A stretch of DNA of 64,000 nucleotides from an uncultured virus (IMG/VR IMGVR_UViG_3300048609_000040) (taxonomy: Duplodnaviria; Heunggongvirae; Uroviricota; Caudoviricetes). Under the pieces are notes generated by a model. The model did not search any database and was not told the DNA's origin. It saw only the letters and a list, made by a program, of their open reading frames with translations. Below, one piece after another: positions 1 through 7,068 of this stretch; position 1 is the first letter of the stretch; the number at the start of each line of letters is the position of its first letter. Position numbers and translations under genes: made by a program. Location of the stretch: IMG/VR virus record IMGVR_UViG_3300048609_000040; one strand, written 5' to 3'.

Positions 1-147
1 GGTTACCAAATCTCTGTTACGCGATCAAAGGGTCGTTACTGCTATGCACTGGCTGGTAAAGGCAAGCTTTCGGGACGGCATCGTTGTGGTTTCCGTACGG
101 AAGCAGGTGCGTTGAAAGCGGGAAAGAAACGTACTACAAAACGTTAA
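1..147 (+). CDS. 3' end of a basic hypothetical protein (partial)
   Basis: Frame 1 is open from the window edge to TAA at 145-147, just before the tRNA array. Confidence 0.4.
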   Translation, partial: GYQISVTRSKGRYCYALAGKGKLSGRHRCGFRTEAGALKAGKKRTTKR

Positions 148-150
148 AAT

Positions 151-222
151 GGGGCCATCGTTCTAACGGGAAGACACGGGCTTTGCAAGCCTGGGATCAG
201 AGTTCGATTCTCTGTGGCTCCA
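151..222 (+). tRNA. tRNA-Ala(TGC)
   Basis: Acceptor GGGGCCA/TGGCTCC with G3:U70; anticodon arm CGGGC-TT-TGC-AA-GCCTG; T loop TTCGATT. Confidence 0.95.
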
Positions 223-227
223 CGTTT

Positions 228-313
228 GGAGAGGCCGTCAGGCATCGGTGCCCTGTGCACGCCCGCTAAGCGTGTGGCCGTTAGGTCTGCGGGTTCGACT
301 CCCGCCTTCTCCG
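228..313 (+). tRNA. tRNA-Ser(GCT), atypical D arm, C33
   Basis: GGAGAGG/CTTCTCC, G73; CACGC-CC-GCT-AA-GCGTG; long variable arm; GCGGG-TTCGACT-CCCGC. Confidence 0.85.
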
Positions 314-329
314 TCAAAGTGGAAAACCA

Positions 330-626
330 ATGGAAACACCAGCAGTTGAACCTTCTGACATCCGAACGTCCAAAATAGATACAGCACTCTTTGCTGAGGA
401 GCCGTGTTTCATTTGTGGGCGAGAGTTGTTCGGCAAAAAGCACTACTGGGTGCACACTAAACACGGCGCGTACGTTTATGTAGCAGAACCAACTTGCGAA
501 GAACAAGCAAGCGCGGACTACAGTGGTTTGGTTCCTATTGGAAGCAAGTGTGCCAAAGATTGTCGAGCTATTGGTATTAGTGTTTTGACAGATCGAGAGT
601 TCCAACAATTGATGCAAGGGGACTGA
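330..626 (+). CDS. hypothetical protein with Cys motifs
   Basis: 98-aa ORF filling the gap between tRNAs; CFIC and IGSKCAK motifs. Confidence 0.6.
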   Translation: METPAVEPSDIRTSKIDTALFAEEPCFICGRELFGKKHYWVHTKHGAYVYVAEPTCEEQASADYSGLVPIGSKCAKDCRAIGISVLTDREFQQLMQGD

Positions 627-629
627 TTT

Positions 630-701
630 CGGGGTGTAGCTCAGGAGTAGAGCGCTCGGCCTGGGACCGAGAGGCCGGTGGTGCGATTCCACCTACCCCG
701 A
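630..701 (+). tRNA. tRNA-Pro(TGG)
   Basis: CGGGGTG/TACCCCG; CTCGG-CC-TGG-GA-CCGAG; T loop TGCGATT. Confidence 0.93.
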
Positions 702-756
702 CGATAACAAGACTCCTAACCAGAGAAGTTTCACGTCGACAACAAACGATAACTGA

Positions 757-809
757 TGCGGCACTTCGTCAACGAAGATGAGATGGGTTCGATTCCCGTC
801 ACCTGCTCA
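757..809 (+). pseudogene. degenerate tRNA remnant (Gly-like 3' half)
   Basis: T arm ATGGG-TTCGATT-CCCGT plus acceptor strand CACCTGC-T-CA resembling tRNA-Gly at 1187; anticodon loop collapsed (CTTCG-TCAA-CGAAG); no 5' acceptor strand. Confidence 0.5.
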
Positions 810-849
810 ATGCTTGTAAGGCTTACAACAGTTCGATAGTATCAATGAC

Positions 850-1098
850 ATGGATCTAGAAACTCTGTTTGTGTCGGTAGAGACTGCAATACACAATCAT
901 CCTACTTTGTTGTTGGTGACACATCCTACGAGTCCCTATCTGGTATTGAGTCGAATGGGCAGTACCTTAAAGGTACTGATAAAGCTTCAAGGTAGTCGAA
1001 AGAAACCGACAGAGATTTGGGGTGAAGGTGACACCCCAACAGAAGCAGCAGCCGACTTGATTAGAACATTGGATTTTTGGGCACAATCGATACGGTAA
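850..1098 (+). CDS. hypothetical protein
   Basis: 82-aa ORF; TAGTAT -10-like box 7 nt upstream of the ATG. Confidence 0.6.
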   Translation: MDLETLFVSVETAIHNHPTLLLVTHPTSPYLVLSRMGSTLKVLIKLQGSRKKPTEIWGEGDTPTEAAADLIRTLDFWAQSIR

Positions 1099-1102
1099 CA
1101 AT

Positions 1103-1176
1103 GCCGGCTTCGTTCAATAGAAGGACCCCTGTCCTACACACAGGTGACGGCGGTGCAAATCCGTCAGCCGGTACCA
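1103..1176 (+). tRNA. tRNA-Val(TAC)
   Basis: GCCGGCT/AGCCGGT-A-CCA; CCTGT-CC-TAC-AC-ACAGG; T loop TGCAAAT. Confidence 0.93.
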
Positions 1177-1186
1177 AGTACAATAT

Positions 1187-1257
1187 GCAGGTGTGATGTA
1201 ATGGTAGCATCACTGGCCTCCAACCAGTGCGTGGGTGTTCGAGTCACCTCGCCTGCT
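1187..1257 (+). tRNA. tRNA-Gly(TCC)
   Basis: GCAGGTG/CGCCTGC, U73; ACTGG-CC-TCC-AA-CCAGT. Confidence 0.93.
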
Positions 1258-1268
1258 CCGTTAGGTTA

Positions 1269-1342
1269 GCCCACATAGCATAGCTGGCCAATGCGTCTGT
1301 TTCGTAAGCAGGAGATCGTCGGTTCGACTCCGACTGTGGGCT
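1269..1342 (+). tRNA. tRNA-Thr(CGT)
   Basis: GCCCACA/TGTGGGC; TCTGT-TT-CGT-AA-GCAGG; GTCGG-TTCGACT-CCGAC. Confidence 0.93.
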
Positions 1343-1356
1343 CGCCAAAGTATTGT

Positions 1357-1428
1357 GCCCGGTGTTGGATCACGGTGATCCGTCTGGTTTGTACCCAGAT
1401 TCATGCGGTTCGACTCCGTCACCGGGCT
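1357..1428 (+). tRNA. tRNA-Thr(TGT), 8/4 acceptor/T-stem fold
   Basis: GCCCGGTG/CACCGGGC (8 bp), T stem GCGG/CCGT (4 bp), TCTGG-TT-TGT-AC-CCAGA. Confidence 0.85.
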
Positions 1429-1430
1429 CT

Positions 1431-2033
1431 ATGAACGCTTCAGAAGCAGGAAAACTAGGTTGGAAAGCCACAGCGGTGTTGCACAAGGCACGGCGTGCAA
1501 AATTCCGTGCGGCGTATGACGCGGCACCAAAGCACTGCAAATGGTGTGACAAACCTATTCCTTATGCACGTCGTGAGAATAAGTATTGTAACCGTCACTG
1601 TGCTGGTTTTGGGCGTCCCAGAAAATTAGAAAAACAAGAGAGCGCTACGGAAAGTGCAACATGTGAAGGTTGTGGAAAGGCGTTCATCGTAAAACGGAGT
1701 TGCCTTGGAAAGTATTGTAGCAATCAGTGCCAACAAAACAATAAAAGTCGAAAACTGTTTGAGGCTGGATTAGCAGATCGAAGGTGCGCAAGGCATAATC
1801 TGCTTAAGTCTCACGGCAACGTTTGTTGGATCTGTAAGATAACGCGTTGGCAGGGACAGCCTGTGGCGCTTGTTCTTGACCACATTGACGGGAACTCTGA
1901 CAACAACCAACCGGCAAACCTCCGTATGGTGTGTCCGAATTGTGATGCACAGCTTCCGACGTACAAAGGCAAAAACAGGGGAAACGGACGTGCTTATCGT
2001 CGAGAACGCTACCACCAGGGAAAATCGTATTGA
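1431..2033 (+). CDS. HNH homing endonuclease with Zn-finger repeats
   Basis: LDHIDGNSDNNQPANLRMVCPNC motif and several CxxC; start moved to ATG 1431, after the tRNA. Confidence 0.9.
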   Translation: MNASEAGKLGWKATAVLHKARRAKFRAAYDAAPKHCKWCDKPIPYARRENKYCNRHCAGFGRPRKLEKQESATESATCEGCGKAFIVKRSCLGKYCSNQCQQNNKSRKLFEAGLADRRCARHNLLKSHGNVCWICKITRWQGQPVALVLDHIDGNSDNNQPANLRMVCPNCDAQLPTYKGKNRGNGRAYRRERYHQGKSY

Positions 2034-2056
2034 GGTGGTGTAGACGCTGCTGTTAT

Positions 2057-2128
2057 TCCGGGGTAGTTCAGCGGAAGAACGCCGCACTGTTAATGCGGAT
2101 GACACAAGTTCGATCCTTGTCCCCGGAG
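2057..2128 (+). tRNA. tRNA-Asn(GTT)
   Basis: TCCGGGG/CCCCGGA, G73; CCGCA-CT-GTT-AA-TGCGG. Confidence 0.96.
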
Positions 2129-2147
2129 CCGTAGTGAGAAAATCGTC

Positions 2148-2263
2148 TGGGAGAGGGTGAACCTCCCAAACAGGCAAAGGAGACTGGAATTTCCGCGTGC
2201 CCTGTGAGTATCCAGTCTCGATGGAAAGCCGTGGACCACCAGCACGGTGCCAAATCCTGGTGG
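2148..2263 (+). ncRNA. candidate structured RNA of unknown class
   Basis: Three consecutive hairpins (GGGAG/CTCCC, GAGACTGGA/TCCAGTCTC, CCACCAG/CTGGTGG) between two tRNAs; no ORF. Confidence 0.45.
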
Positions 2264-2268
2264 GCTCT

Positions 2269-2340
2269 CCGCCCATAGTTTAACTAGCAGAACTCGTGCT
2301 CGATAAGCGCGAAAAGATGGTGCAACTCCATCTGGGCGGA
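2269..2340 (+). tRNA. tRNA-Ile(GAT)
   Basis: CCGCCCA/TGGGCGG; CGTGC-TC-GAT-AA-GCGCG; T loop TGCAACT. Confidence 0.92.
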
Positions 2341-2346
2341 CCGAAC

Positions 2347-2418
2347 GGCCCTGTCATCTAGCGGTTAGGATATCGCCCCTTCAAGGCGGTTACACGGGTT
2401 CGAGTCCCGTCAGGGTCA
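2347..2418 (+). tRNA. tRNA-Glu(TTC)
   Basis: GGCCCTG/CAGGGTC; TCGCC-CC-TTC-AA-GGCGG. Confidence 0.94.
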
Positions 2419-2737
2419 CTTACGGCGAATAACAAACTGGCCAGCGTGGTTTGCTAACTCGAATCGATCGTTGCCGCAACGACCCAACTGGATTGTTTGT
2501 CCTGATGTCGGCAGTTTTGAACAGTCCATTTTGATGCCTGCCATATCTAGCGCCATCAAAGCTCCGGGTTGTCCTACTGCAGCATCCTTTACAGGAAGCC
2601 TACGTAACTTACAGATGTCATTCGCCTTTTTCTTCATCAAGATTATTCTACGCTGTTTGCTGCGCTTGTCGTAGCGATCTGTTAAGGTGTGCTCTGTTGT
2701 TTTTGTCTTACGACATCCAGACAAGGAAATAAGAAAA

Positions 2738-3175
2738 ATGGTCAAGAAGGACTCAAGCACACCCAAGAAGAGGAAGACGCGTACTGTTGGCTCGTGGCGG
2801 GAACGCAACGTCCGACGAGTGACGGATGCAATCAAGTTCTTGGAGCGTCTCAACGAAGATCTAGCTCGTAGCGGTGCATCCATCGATGATGGCAAGAGCG
2901 CTGTGGTCTATCTGCAAGGTCTGTTGAAAGAGCTAGAAGCGGTCGACGATGCCTGGAAGCCCAACAAGAAGAGTGGTGGCGGCGGCGCATTGCAGCCAGG
3001 TGTCGTCGTCGCTTTGAAGGACGATTGCGCCGAGGTGTACAACTTCTTGCCCAAGTTGGAAGAGCGTATGGTCGGCGCAGTGGTTCAATCCGTCTTCAGC
3101 AAGACGTCCGTTGTGGTGAAGCTCAACGACGGCCAACAACACCTGTTTCAGAAGTGTCACCTTGCGAGAGAGTGA
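2738..3175 (+). CDS. hypothetical protein (basic N-terminus, possible SH3/KOW-like C-terminus)
   Basis: AAGGA upstream; coherent codon usage; 145 aa. Confidence 0.7.
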   Translation: MVKKDSSTPKKRKTRTVGSWRERNVRRVTDAIKFLERLNEDLARSGASIDDGKSAVVYLQGLLKELEAVDDAWKPNKKSGGGGALQPGVVVALKDDCAEVYNFLPKLEERMVGAVVQSVFSKTSVVVKLNDGQQHLFQKCHLARE

Positions 3176-3184
3176 CACCGTGTT

Positions 3185-3370
3185 TCCTGCCAGGAGCTAG
3201 GACCGCCCACGTTTGGAGTGGGAACGGCCTAGGGCTTGGGACCTCACCCACATCGTCGCTAGACTAGTCGTTGATCAACGCGAAAACTGAGGTTGTCTAG
3301 TCCAGTTTCAGCGAGTAGCAAAGATTGACGGTAGACGATAGAGGTTGGCGGTTCGACTCCGCCCGGATCT
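3185..3370 (+). ncRNA. candidate tRNA-like structured RNA ending in a T arm
   Basis: Nested helices ACCTC/GAGGT, ATCGTC/GACGAT, CTAGAC/GTCTAG followed by GGCGG-TTCGACT-CCGCC. Confidence 0.5.
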
Positions 3371-3442
3371 GACTTCGTAGTGAAATGGATATCACGGCAG
3401 TCTACGGAACTGCAATTGCGAGTTCGACTCTCGCCGAAGTCA
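3371..3442 (+). tRNA. tRNA-Arg(ACG)
   Basis: GACTTCG/CGAAGTC; GCAGT-CT-ACG-GA-ACTGC; A20. Confidence 0.96.
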
Positions 3443-3447
3443 CAACT

Positions 3448-3514
3448 GGGATGCGATCTGGGATCAACGCGGCCTCCAAAATCGCGTGTCGAAGTTCAAT
3501 TCTTCGGCATCCCG
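3448..3514 (+). tRNA. tRNA-Trp(CCA) with miniature D arm
   Basis: GGGATGC/GCATCCC, G73; D arm GATC-TGG-GATC; loop CT-CCA-AA; CGAAG-TTCAATT-CTTCG. Confidence 0.8.
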
Positions 3515-3523
3515 CTACAAACT

Positions 3524-3612
3524 CCGCCTTTAGCACAATGGTAGTGCAGCAGGCTTATACCCTGTAAGCGCTGGACTAGCGCGAGATGAAGGTTCGAGTC
3601 CTTCAGGGCGGA
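3524..3612 (+). tRNA. tRNA-Ile(TAT) with long variable arm
   Basis: CCGCCTT/AGGGCGG; GCAGG-CT-TAT-AC-CCTGT; variable hairpin GCGCT-GGACT-AGCGC. Confidence 0.88.
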
Positions 3613-3630
3613 CAATATAAGCGTGACGTT

Positions 3631-4026
3631 GTGCCCACTAAGATTTGTAAATGCGGTTGCGTAATAGATTGCTCTAAGTACAGAGGCAGCGTGTGTTTTA
3701 CCTGCTTGATGAAGGCACGATATGTCATACGTGAACAGAACATAATTACCCTGGTTGGAAACAGTTGCTGGATATGTGAGTATAGTGTAGATGGCTCTGG
3801 GCTCCGGTTGCTTTGTTTTCATCACATGGATCCAACACAGAAACAGTTTGGGCTGACAAAGCGGGAAATAGGAAATCACACCTGGAAAAAAGTACTGTGC
3901 GAAGTGCAGAAATGTGCGTTACTCTGCTCAAATTGTCATGCCGAAGTTCACGCCGGTTTTCTCGATGTAAAGCGTGTTGATGAGGCTTATAGAAAGCGCT
4001 GGAAGATTGGTGGTCGAAGCTACTGA
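3631..4026 (+). CDS. HNH endonuclease
   Basis: CWIC...FHHMDP...CALLCSNCHAEVH; GTG start after the tRNA. Confidence 0.85.
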   Translation: MPTKICKCGCVIDCSKYRGSVCFTCLMKARYVIREQNIITLVGNSCWICEYSVDGSGLRLLCFHHMDPTQKQFGLTKREIGNHTWKKVLCEVQKCALLCSNCHAEVHAGFLDVKRVDEAYRKRWKIGGRSY

Positions 4027-4072
4027 TGGATAAGTGATCTTGTTTGGCGGATTAGTGTGGTATGTTGAAACC

Positions 4073-4261
4073 ATGCTCACTATGCAGGTGACTGAAGGAT
4101 TTCGCTGTTTGAGTCGACCAGGTTTGCTAACTCTGGGAGCTTCAACACCAGAAGCGGAGAAGGCATATTCTCCGCCTCCACCAAGCAGGTTTTTGGTTGG
4201 TTCTGTCACGTTGGTGCTTGGTTTCCTGATTGGGTACATGGTTGGTGCACCTCGTTGGTAA
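4073..4261 (+). CDS. small membrane protein
   Basis: C-terminal TM segment; TG-G-TATGTT 6 nt upstream of the ATG. Confidence 0.55.
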   Translation: MLTMQVTEGFRCLSRPGLLTLGASTPEAEKAYSPPPPSRFLVGSVTLVLGFLIGYMVGAPRW

Positions 4262-4333
4262 CGCAGGGAGCCTAGGAGGCCAGCGGTCTTCATACGGCCG
4301 ACCGTCGCAGTTCAATTCTGCGCCCTGCGACCA
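4262..4333 (+). tRNA. tRNA-Met/Ile2(CAT) with miniature D arm
   Basis: CGCAGGG/CCCTGCG-A-CCA; D arm GCCT-AGG-AGGC; CGGTC-TT-CAT-AC-GGCCG. Confidence 0.82.
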
Positions 4334-4336
4334 TTT

Positions 4337-4408
4337 GGTGGGTATAGCTCAACGGCAGAGCGCTGGGTTGTGGTCCCAGACATGAGAGTTCGATTCTCTT
4401 TGCCCACC
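4337..4408 (+). tRNA. tRNA-His(GTG)
   Basis: G-1, GTGGGTA/TGCCCAC, C73; CTGGG-TT-GTG-GT-CCCAG. Confidence 0.95.
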
Positions 4409-4417
4409 CTGAACTAT

Positions 4418-4500
4418 GGAGCCATGGTGAAACGGTAGCCACGTTGGCCCTAAAAGCCGATGAGCGCAAGCTCGTGAGGGTTCGAGTCCCTCTGGCTCTA
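4418..4500 (+). tRNA. tRNA-Leu(TAA)
   Basis: GGAGCCA/TGGCTCT; TTGGC-CC-TAA-AA-GCCGA; long variable arm. Confidence 0.93.
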
Positions 4501-4510
4501 CAAGTTGTTC

Positions 4511-4921
4511 ATGAGAAAACTGAGAAAAATTGTCTACAAATCGCCCTGGTTCAATTTAGGTGGTTATCTTGCGTGTACTGTAAAACGTAGTGACGGTACA
4601 CGAGGCACTGTTTTTCAACACTGAGAAGTAGTAGAACAGTGCTTAAATAGAACTCTGAGAAAAAGTGAAATTGTACATCATCGCGACGGCAACAAACGAA
4701 ACAACAAACCGACCAATCTTGAAGTTACTACACTAGCTGTCCATCGTAGGTTACACGCCGAAGGCGTGGAGATGTTGAAGCTTCGTTGTCGGTTTTGTGG
4801 AAAACTGTTTCAACGACCAGCTAGACATGAAAGACATAGGAAGAAGCAAGGAAAAATGGGTCCGTTTTGTGGCAAACATTGTGTGGGAAGGTGGAGTACG
4901 GGATCGTGTCGGAACAGGTAG
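4511..4921 (+). pseudogene. HNH endonuclease with an in-frame TGA
   Basis: Reads ...VFQH*EVVEQ...IVHHRDGNKRNNKPTNL...CRFC; TGA at 4622-4624 sits where the conserved HR arginine is expected. Confidence 0.8.
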
Positions 4922-4982
4922 ACGAGCTGCGCTTAGATCGCAGTGCTCACAAAGCGTGAGAGTTCAAATCTCTCCGATCCCA
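4900..4982 (+). tRNA. tRNA-Leu(TAG)
   Basis: GGGATCG/CGATCCC; CTGCG-CT-TAG-AT-CGCAG; long variable arm. Confidence 0.94.
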
Positions 4983-4986
4983 CTTA

Positions 4987-5073
4987 GCCCAGGTGGCGAA
5001 ACTTATGGTAGCCGCCCCAGCTTGAGGTGCTGGTGGGAGAAATCCCGTGCAGGTTCGACTCCTGTCCTGGGCA
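4987..5073 (+). tRNA. tRNA-Leu(GAG)
   Basis: GCCCAGG/CCTGGGC; CCAGC-TT-GAG-GT-GCTGG; long variable arm. Confidence 0.95.
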
Positions 5074-5728
5074 CTTCTAGTTTATAGAGAAGCAGTGCTC
5101 CTACAGCTCCTCCAATAGCAGCTGTAACAAGCAACCACACCGCAGGATGTATACCTAGACCACGGTCAGTACGATTGGGAAACAACGTGAGACCGTAAGC
5201 AGCTGCCTGCGTAATCACACCGTCTCGATATCCACTTACCTTGACCAACGGCTCGGACGGGACCAGATAGCAGCCTGGTAACGTTCCCTTGATGAGTGGC
5301 GCCTTGGTTGTTGTGGGCCACCCAAAAGTCTGTTTGTAGCTTTGTAGAGCAGTTTCCCCGCAAACGTGGCTGTCGAAGTGTAGGTGTACAGCACCGCCAG
5401 CTCCGCTGTTTCCTGCGTAGCCGATTACAGCTCCTTGACGAACCTTCTGCCCCGTCGCAACGTTAACAGCGTTGAGATGGATGTAACGACTGAGTAGTAT
5501 CAATCCGCCCGGGAAGGTGTGTTTGAGCAGGACGTATTTTCCTGTCTCTCCACTACCTGATCCAGCAGCAACAACTTCACCGGCAGCCACAGCAAGGATC
5601 GGGTCATTCAGATCGTTTGCGAAGTCAAGCGAGCCGTGGATACCTTGCTTCGTACCGATGGTGCGAGAAGATGCCCAACCACTTGTGACGATGGCTTTGG
5701 TGGGTGGCGCTAGACGAGGCCATTGCAT
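5003..5728 (-). CDS. M23 family peptidoglycan endopeptidase with C-terminal TM
   Basis: HGSLDF, RYIHL and HLHF motifs; hydrophobic C-terminal segment; 3' end runs antisense into tRNA-Leu. Confidence 0.88.
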   Translation of the reverse strand: MQWPRLAPPTKAIVTSGWASSRTIGTKQGIHGSLDFANDLNDPILAVAAGEVVAAGSGSGETGKYVLLKHTFPGGLILLSRYIHLNAVNVATGQKVRQGAVIGYAGNSGAGGAVHLHFDSHVCGETALQSYKQTFGWPTTTKAPLIKGTLPGCYLVPSEPLVKVSGYRDGVITQAAAYGLTLFPNRTDRGLGIHPAVWLLVTAAIGGAVGALLLYKLEVPRTGVEPARDFSHQHLKLGRLP

Positions 5729-5752
5729 TCTTCGACGTTAGCATGATTCTAA

Positions 5753-5875
5753 GCTCGGGTGGCGAAACTTGGTAGCCGCGCAGGTTTCAAGGTACCTGTG
5801 GACGAAACGTCCGTGAAGGTTCAAACGACGTAGCTACTCGCAGCTGCAGAAGCGAGACAAATCCTTTCCCGAGCA
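5753..5875 (+). tRNA. tRNA-Leu(CAA) with 36-nt T-loop insertion and 8-nt anticodon loop
   Basis: GCTCGGG/CCCGAGC; CAGGT-TTCAAGGT-ACCTG; GAAGG-TTCAAA[5826-5861]T-CCTTT. Confidence 0.75.
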
Positions 5876-5881
5876 CGAATA

Positions 5882-5955
5882 GCCAACTTAGCCCAATTGG
5901 CAGAGGCAACAGATTCAAACCCTGTTGAGTGAGGGTTCGACTCCCTCAGTTGGCA
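5882..5955 (+). tRNA. tRNA-Leu(CAA) with short variable loop
   Basis: GCCAACT/AGTTGGC, A73; loop TT-CAA-AC; 5-nt variable region. Confidence 0.85.
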
Positions 5956-5993
5956 CTAAATAGCGTAGAATACGCAGAAAGGAGCGTGCTGCT

Positions 5994-6533
5994 ATGGAAG
6001 CCGCGATTCATCTGAGAACTTTGATGTTGTCACAGGCATATGAACCAGTGAAGGTAATCTCGTGGCGCCGAGCCGTAACGCTTCTTTCCTTGGGGAAGGT
6101 CGAAATCGTCGAGGAACACGACTGTTTTGTACGGTCTCCGACGATCGTGATCAAAATACCGGCTGTGGTACGACTTCTGCGTGCGTTCAAGCGCTTTAGG
6201 AAACTGGTGAAATTCTCCAGGATCAATATCTACGCACGCGACAACTATACATGTCAGTACTGCGGAGCCAAGAAACGAATCGCGGACCTGACCTACGACC
6301 ACGTTACTCCTCGTAGTCAAGGCGGAAAAACCACGTGGACGAACATCGTTACTTCTTGCGCAATTTGCAATCGCCAAAAAGGTGGTAGAACGCCGGAACA
6401 GGCAGGTATGACATTACGTAAGAAGCCGGTCGTACCGAGCTGGGTGCCCGTTGTAACAATCAGTGTTAACGGGGACAACACACCGGATAGCTGGAGAGAT
6501 TACTTGTATTGGACGACAGAGCTACAGGAGTAG
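5994..6533 (+). CDS. HNH endonuclease (McrA-like)
   Basis: RDNYTCQYCG...TYDHVTPRSQGG...NIVTSCAICNRQKG; AAGGAG RBS. Confidence 0.93.
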   Translation: MEAAIHLRTLMLSQAYEPVKVISWRRAVTLLSLGKVEIVEEHDCFVRSPTIVIKIPAVVRLLRAFKRFRKLVKFSRINIYARDNYTCQYCGAKKRIADLTYDHVTPRSQGGKTTWTNIVTSCAICNRQKGGRTPEQAGMTLRKKPVVPSWVPVVTISVNGDNTPDSWRDYLYWTTELQE

Positions 6534-6538
6534 TTCTA

Positions 6539-6621
6539 GGAAGGTGAGGGCGGGATGGTCCTGCCGCCTGTCTTGAAAACAGGAAGGCCGAAAGGTCCGG
6601 GTTCGATACCTACACCTTCCG
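6539..6621 (+). tRNA. tRNA-Ser(TGA), 8/4 fold with 7-bp D stem
   Basis: GGAAGGTG/CACCTTCC, G73; D arm GGCGGGA-TGG-TCCTGCC; CCTGT-CT-TGA-AA-ACAGG; long variable arm. Confidence 0.85.
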
Positions 6622-6625
6622 CGAC

Positions 6626-6698
6626 GGTCTCATCGTTCAGCCAGGTAGGACGCTGCCCTGTCACGGCAGAAACACGAGTTCAAATCTCGTTGGGACCG
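6626..6698 (+). tRNA. tRNA-Asp(GTC)
   Basis: GGTCTCA/TGGGACC, G73; CTGCC-CT-GTC-AC-GGCAG. Confidence 0.96.
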
Positions 6699-6881
6699 CT
6701 ACACTGTTTCAATGATCCAGTCGTCAATCTCGTTGAGCAGTACACGCCAACTCGTGAATGTTGGATTCTCTTGTTGTGTGCGTGCACGTACGCGGTGTAC
6801 AAGCGTATCGAGCTGTTTCTCAGACAGACTGATACCTAATGCCACAGCTCGTTGCTTCAAATAGTTGTGTAAGTTGTACAC
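6699..6881 (-). CDS. small hypothetical protein
   Basis: 60-aa helical ORF exactly filling the inter-tRNA gap. Confidence 0.5.
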   Translation of the reverse strand: MYNLHNYLKQRAVALGISLSEKQLDTLVHRVRARTQQENPTFTSWRVLLNEIDDWIIETV

Positions 6882-6904
6882 CTCGACGTAAGTCTACTAC
6901 GTTT

Positions 6905-7065
6905 GCCACGGTAGCTCAAACGGGAGCATGTAGAGCCGATGAATCGGGCGCCAGTGTATTGGCACGAAGGCTCACGAGCGGAGGATACGAGGTTTGAGAC
7001 GAACGGCCGTGACTCTCACAACTTTGCCCTTGCGTATGCAGGTTCGAGTCCTGCCCGTGGCTCCA
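6905..7065 (+). ncRNA. tRNA-like RNA with the anticodon arm replaced by a ~110-nt structured domain
   Basis: Acceptor GCCACGG/CCGTGGC-T-CCA, D arm GCTC/GAGC and T arm GCAGG-TTCGAGT-CCTGC are intact; 6928-7037 holds several hairpins. Confidence 0.8.
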
Positions 7066-7068
7066 AAC

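Noticed and set aside
2180..2263. SAM-I or glycine riboswitch
   Set aside because: Only isolated motif fragments; the P1 AUC/GAU and GCAACC cores are missing, and no regulated gene follows
6933..6973. Hammerhead ribozyme within the tRNA-like insert
   Set aside because: The core reads CCGATGA/GAAG rather than CUGANGA/GAAA, and no third stem with a UH site is evident
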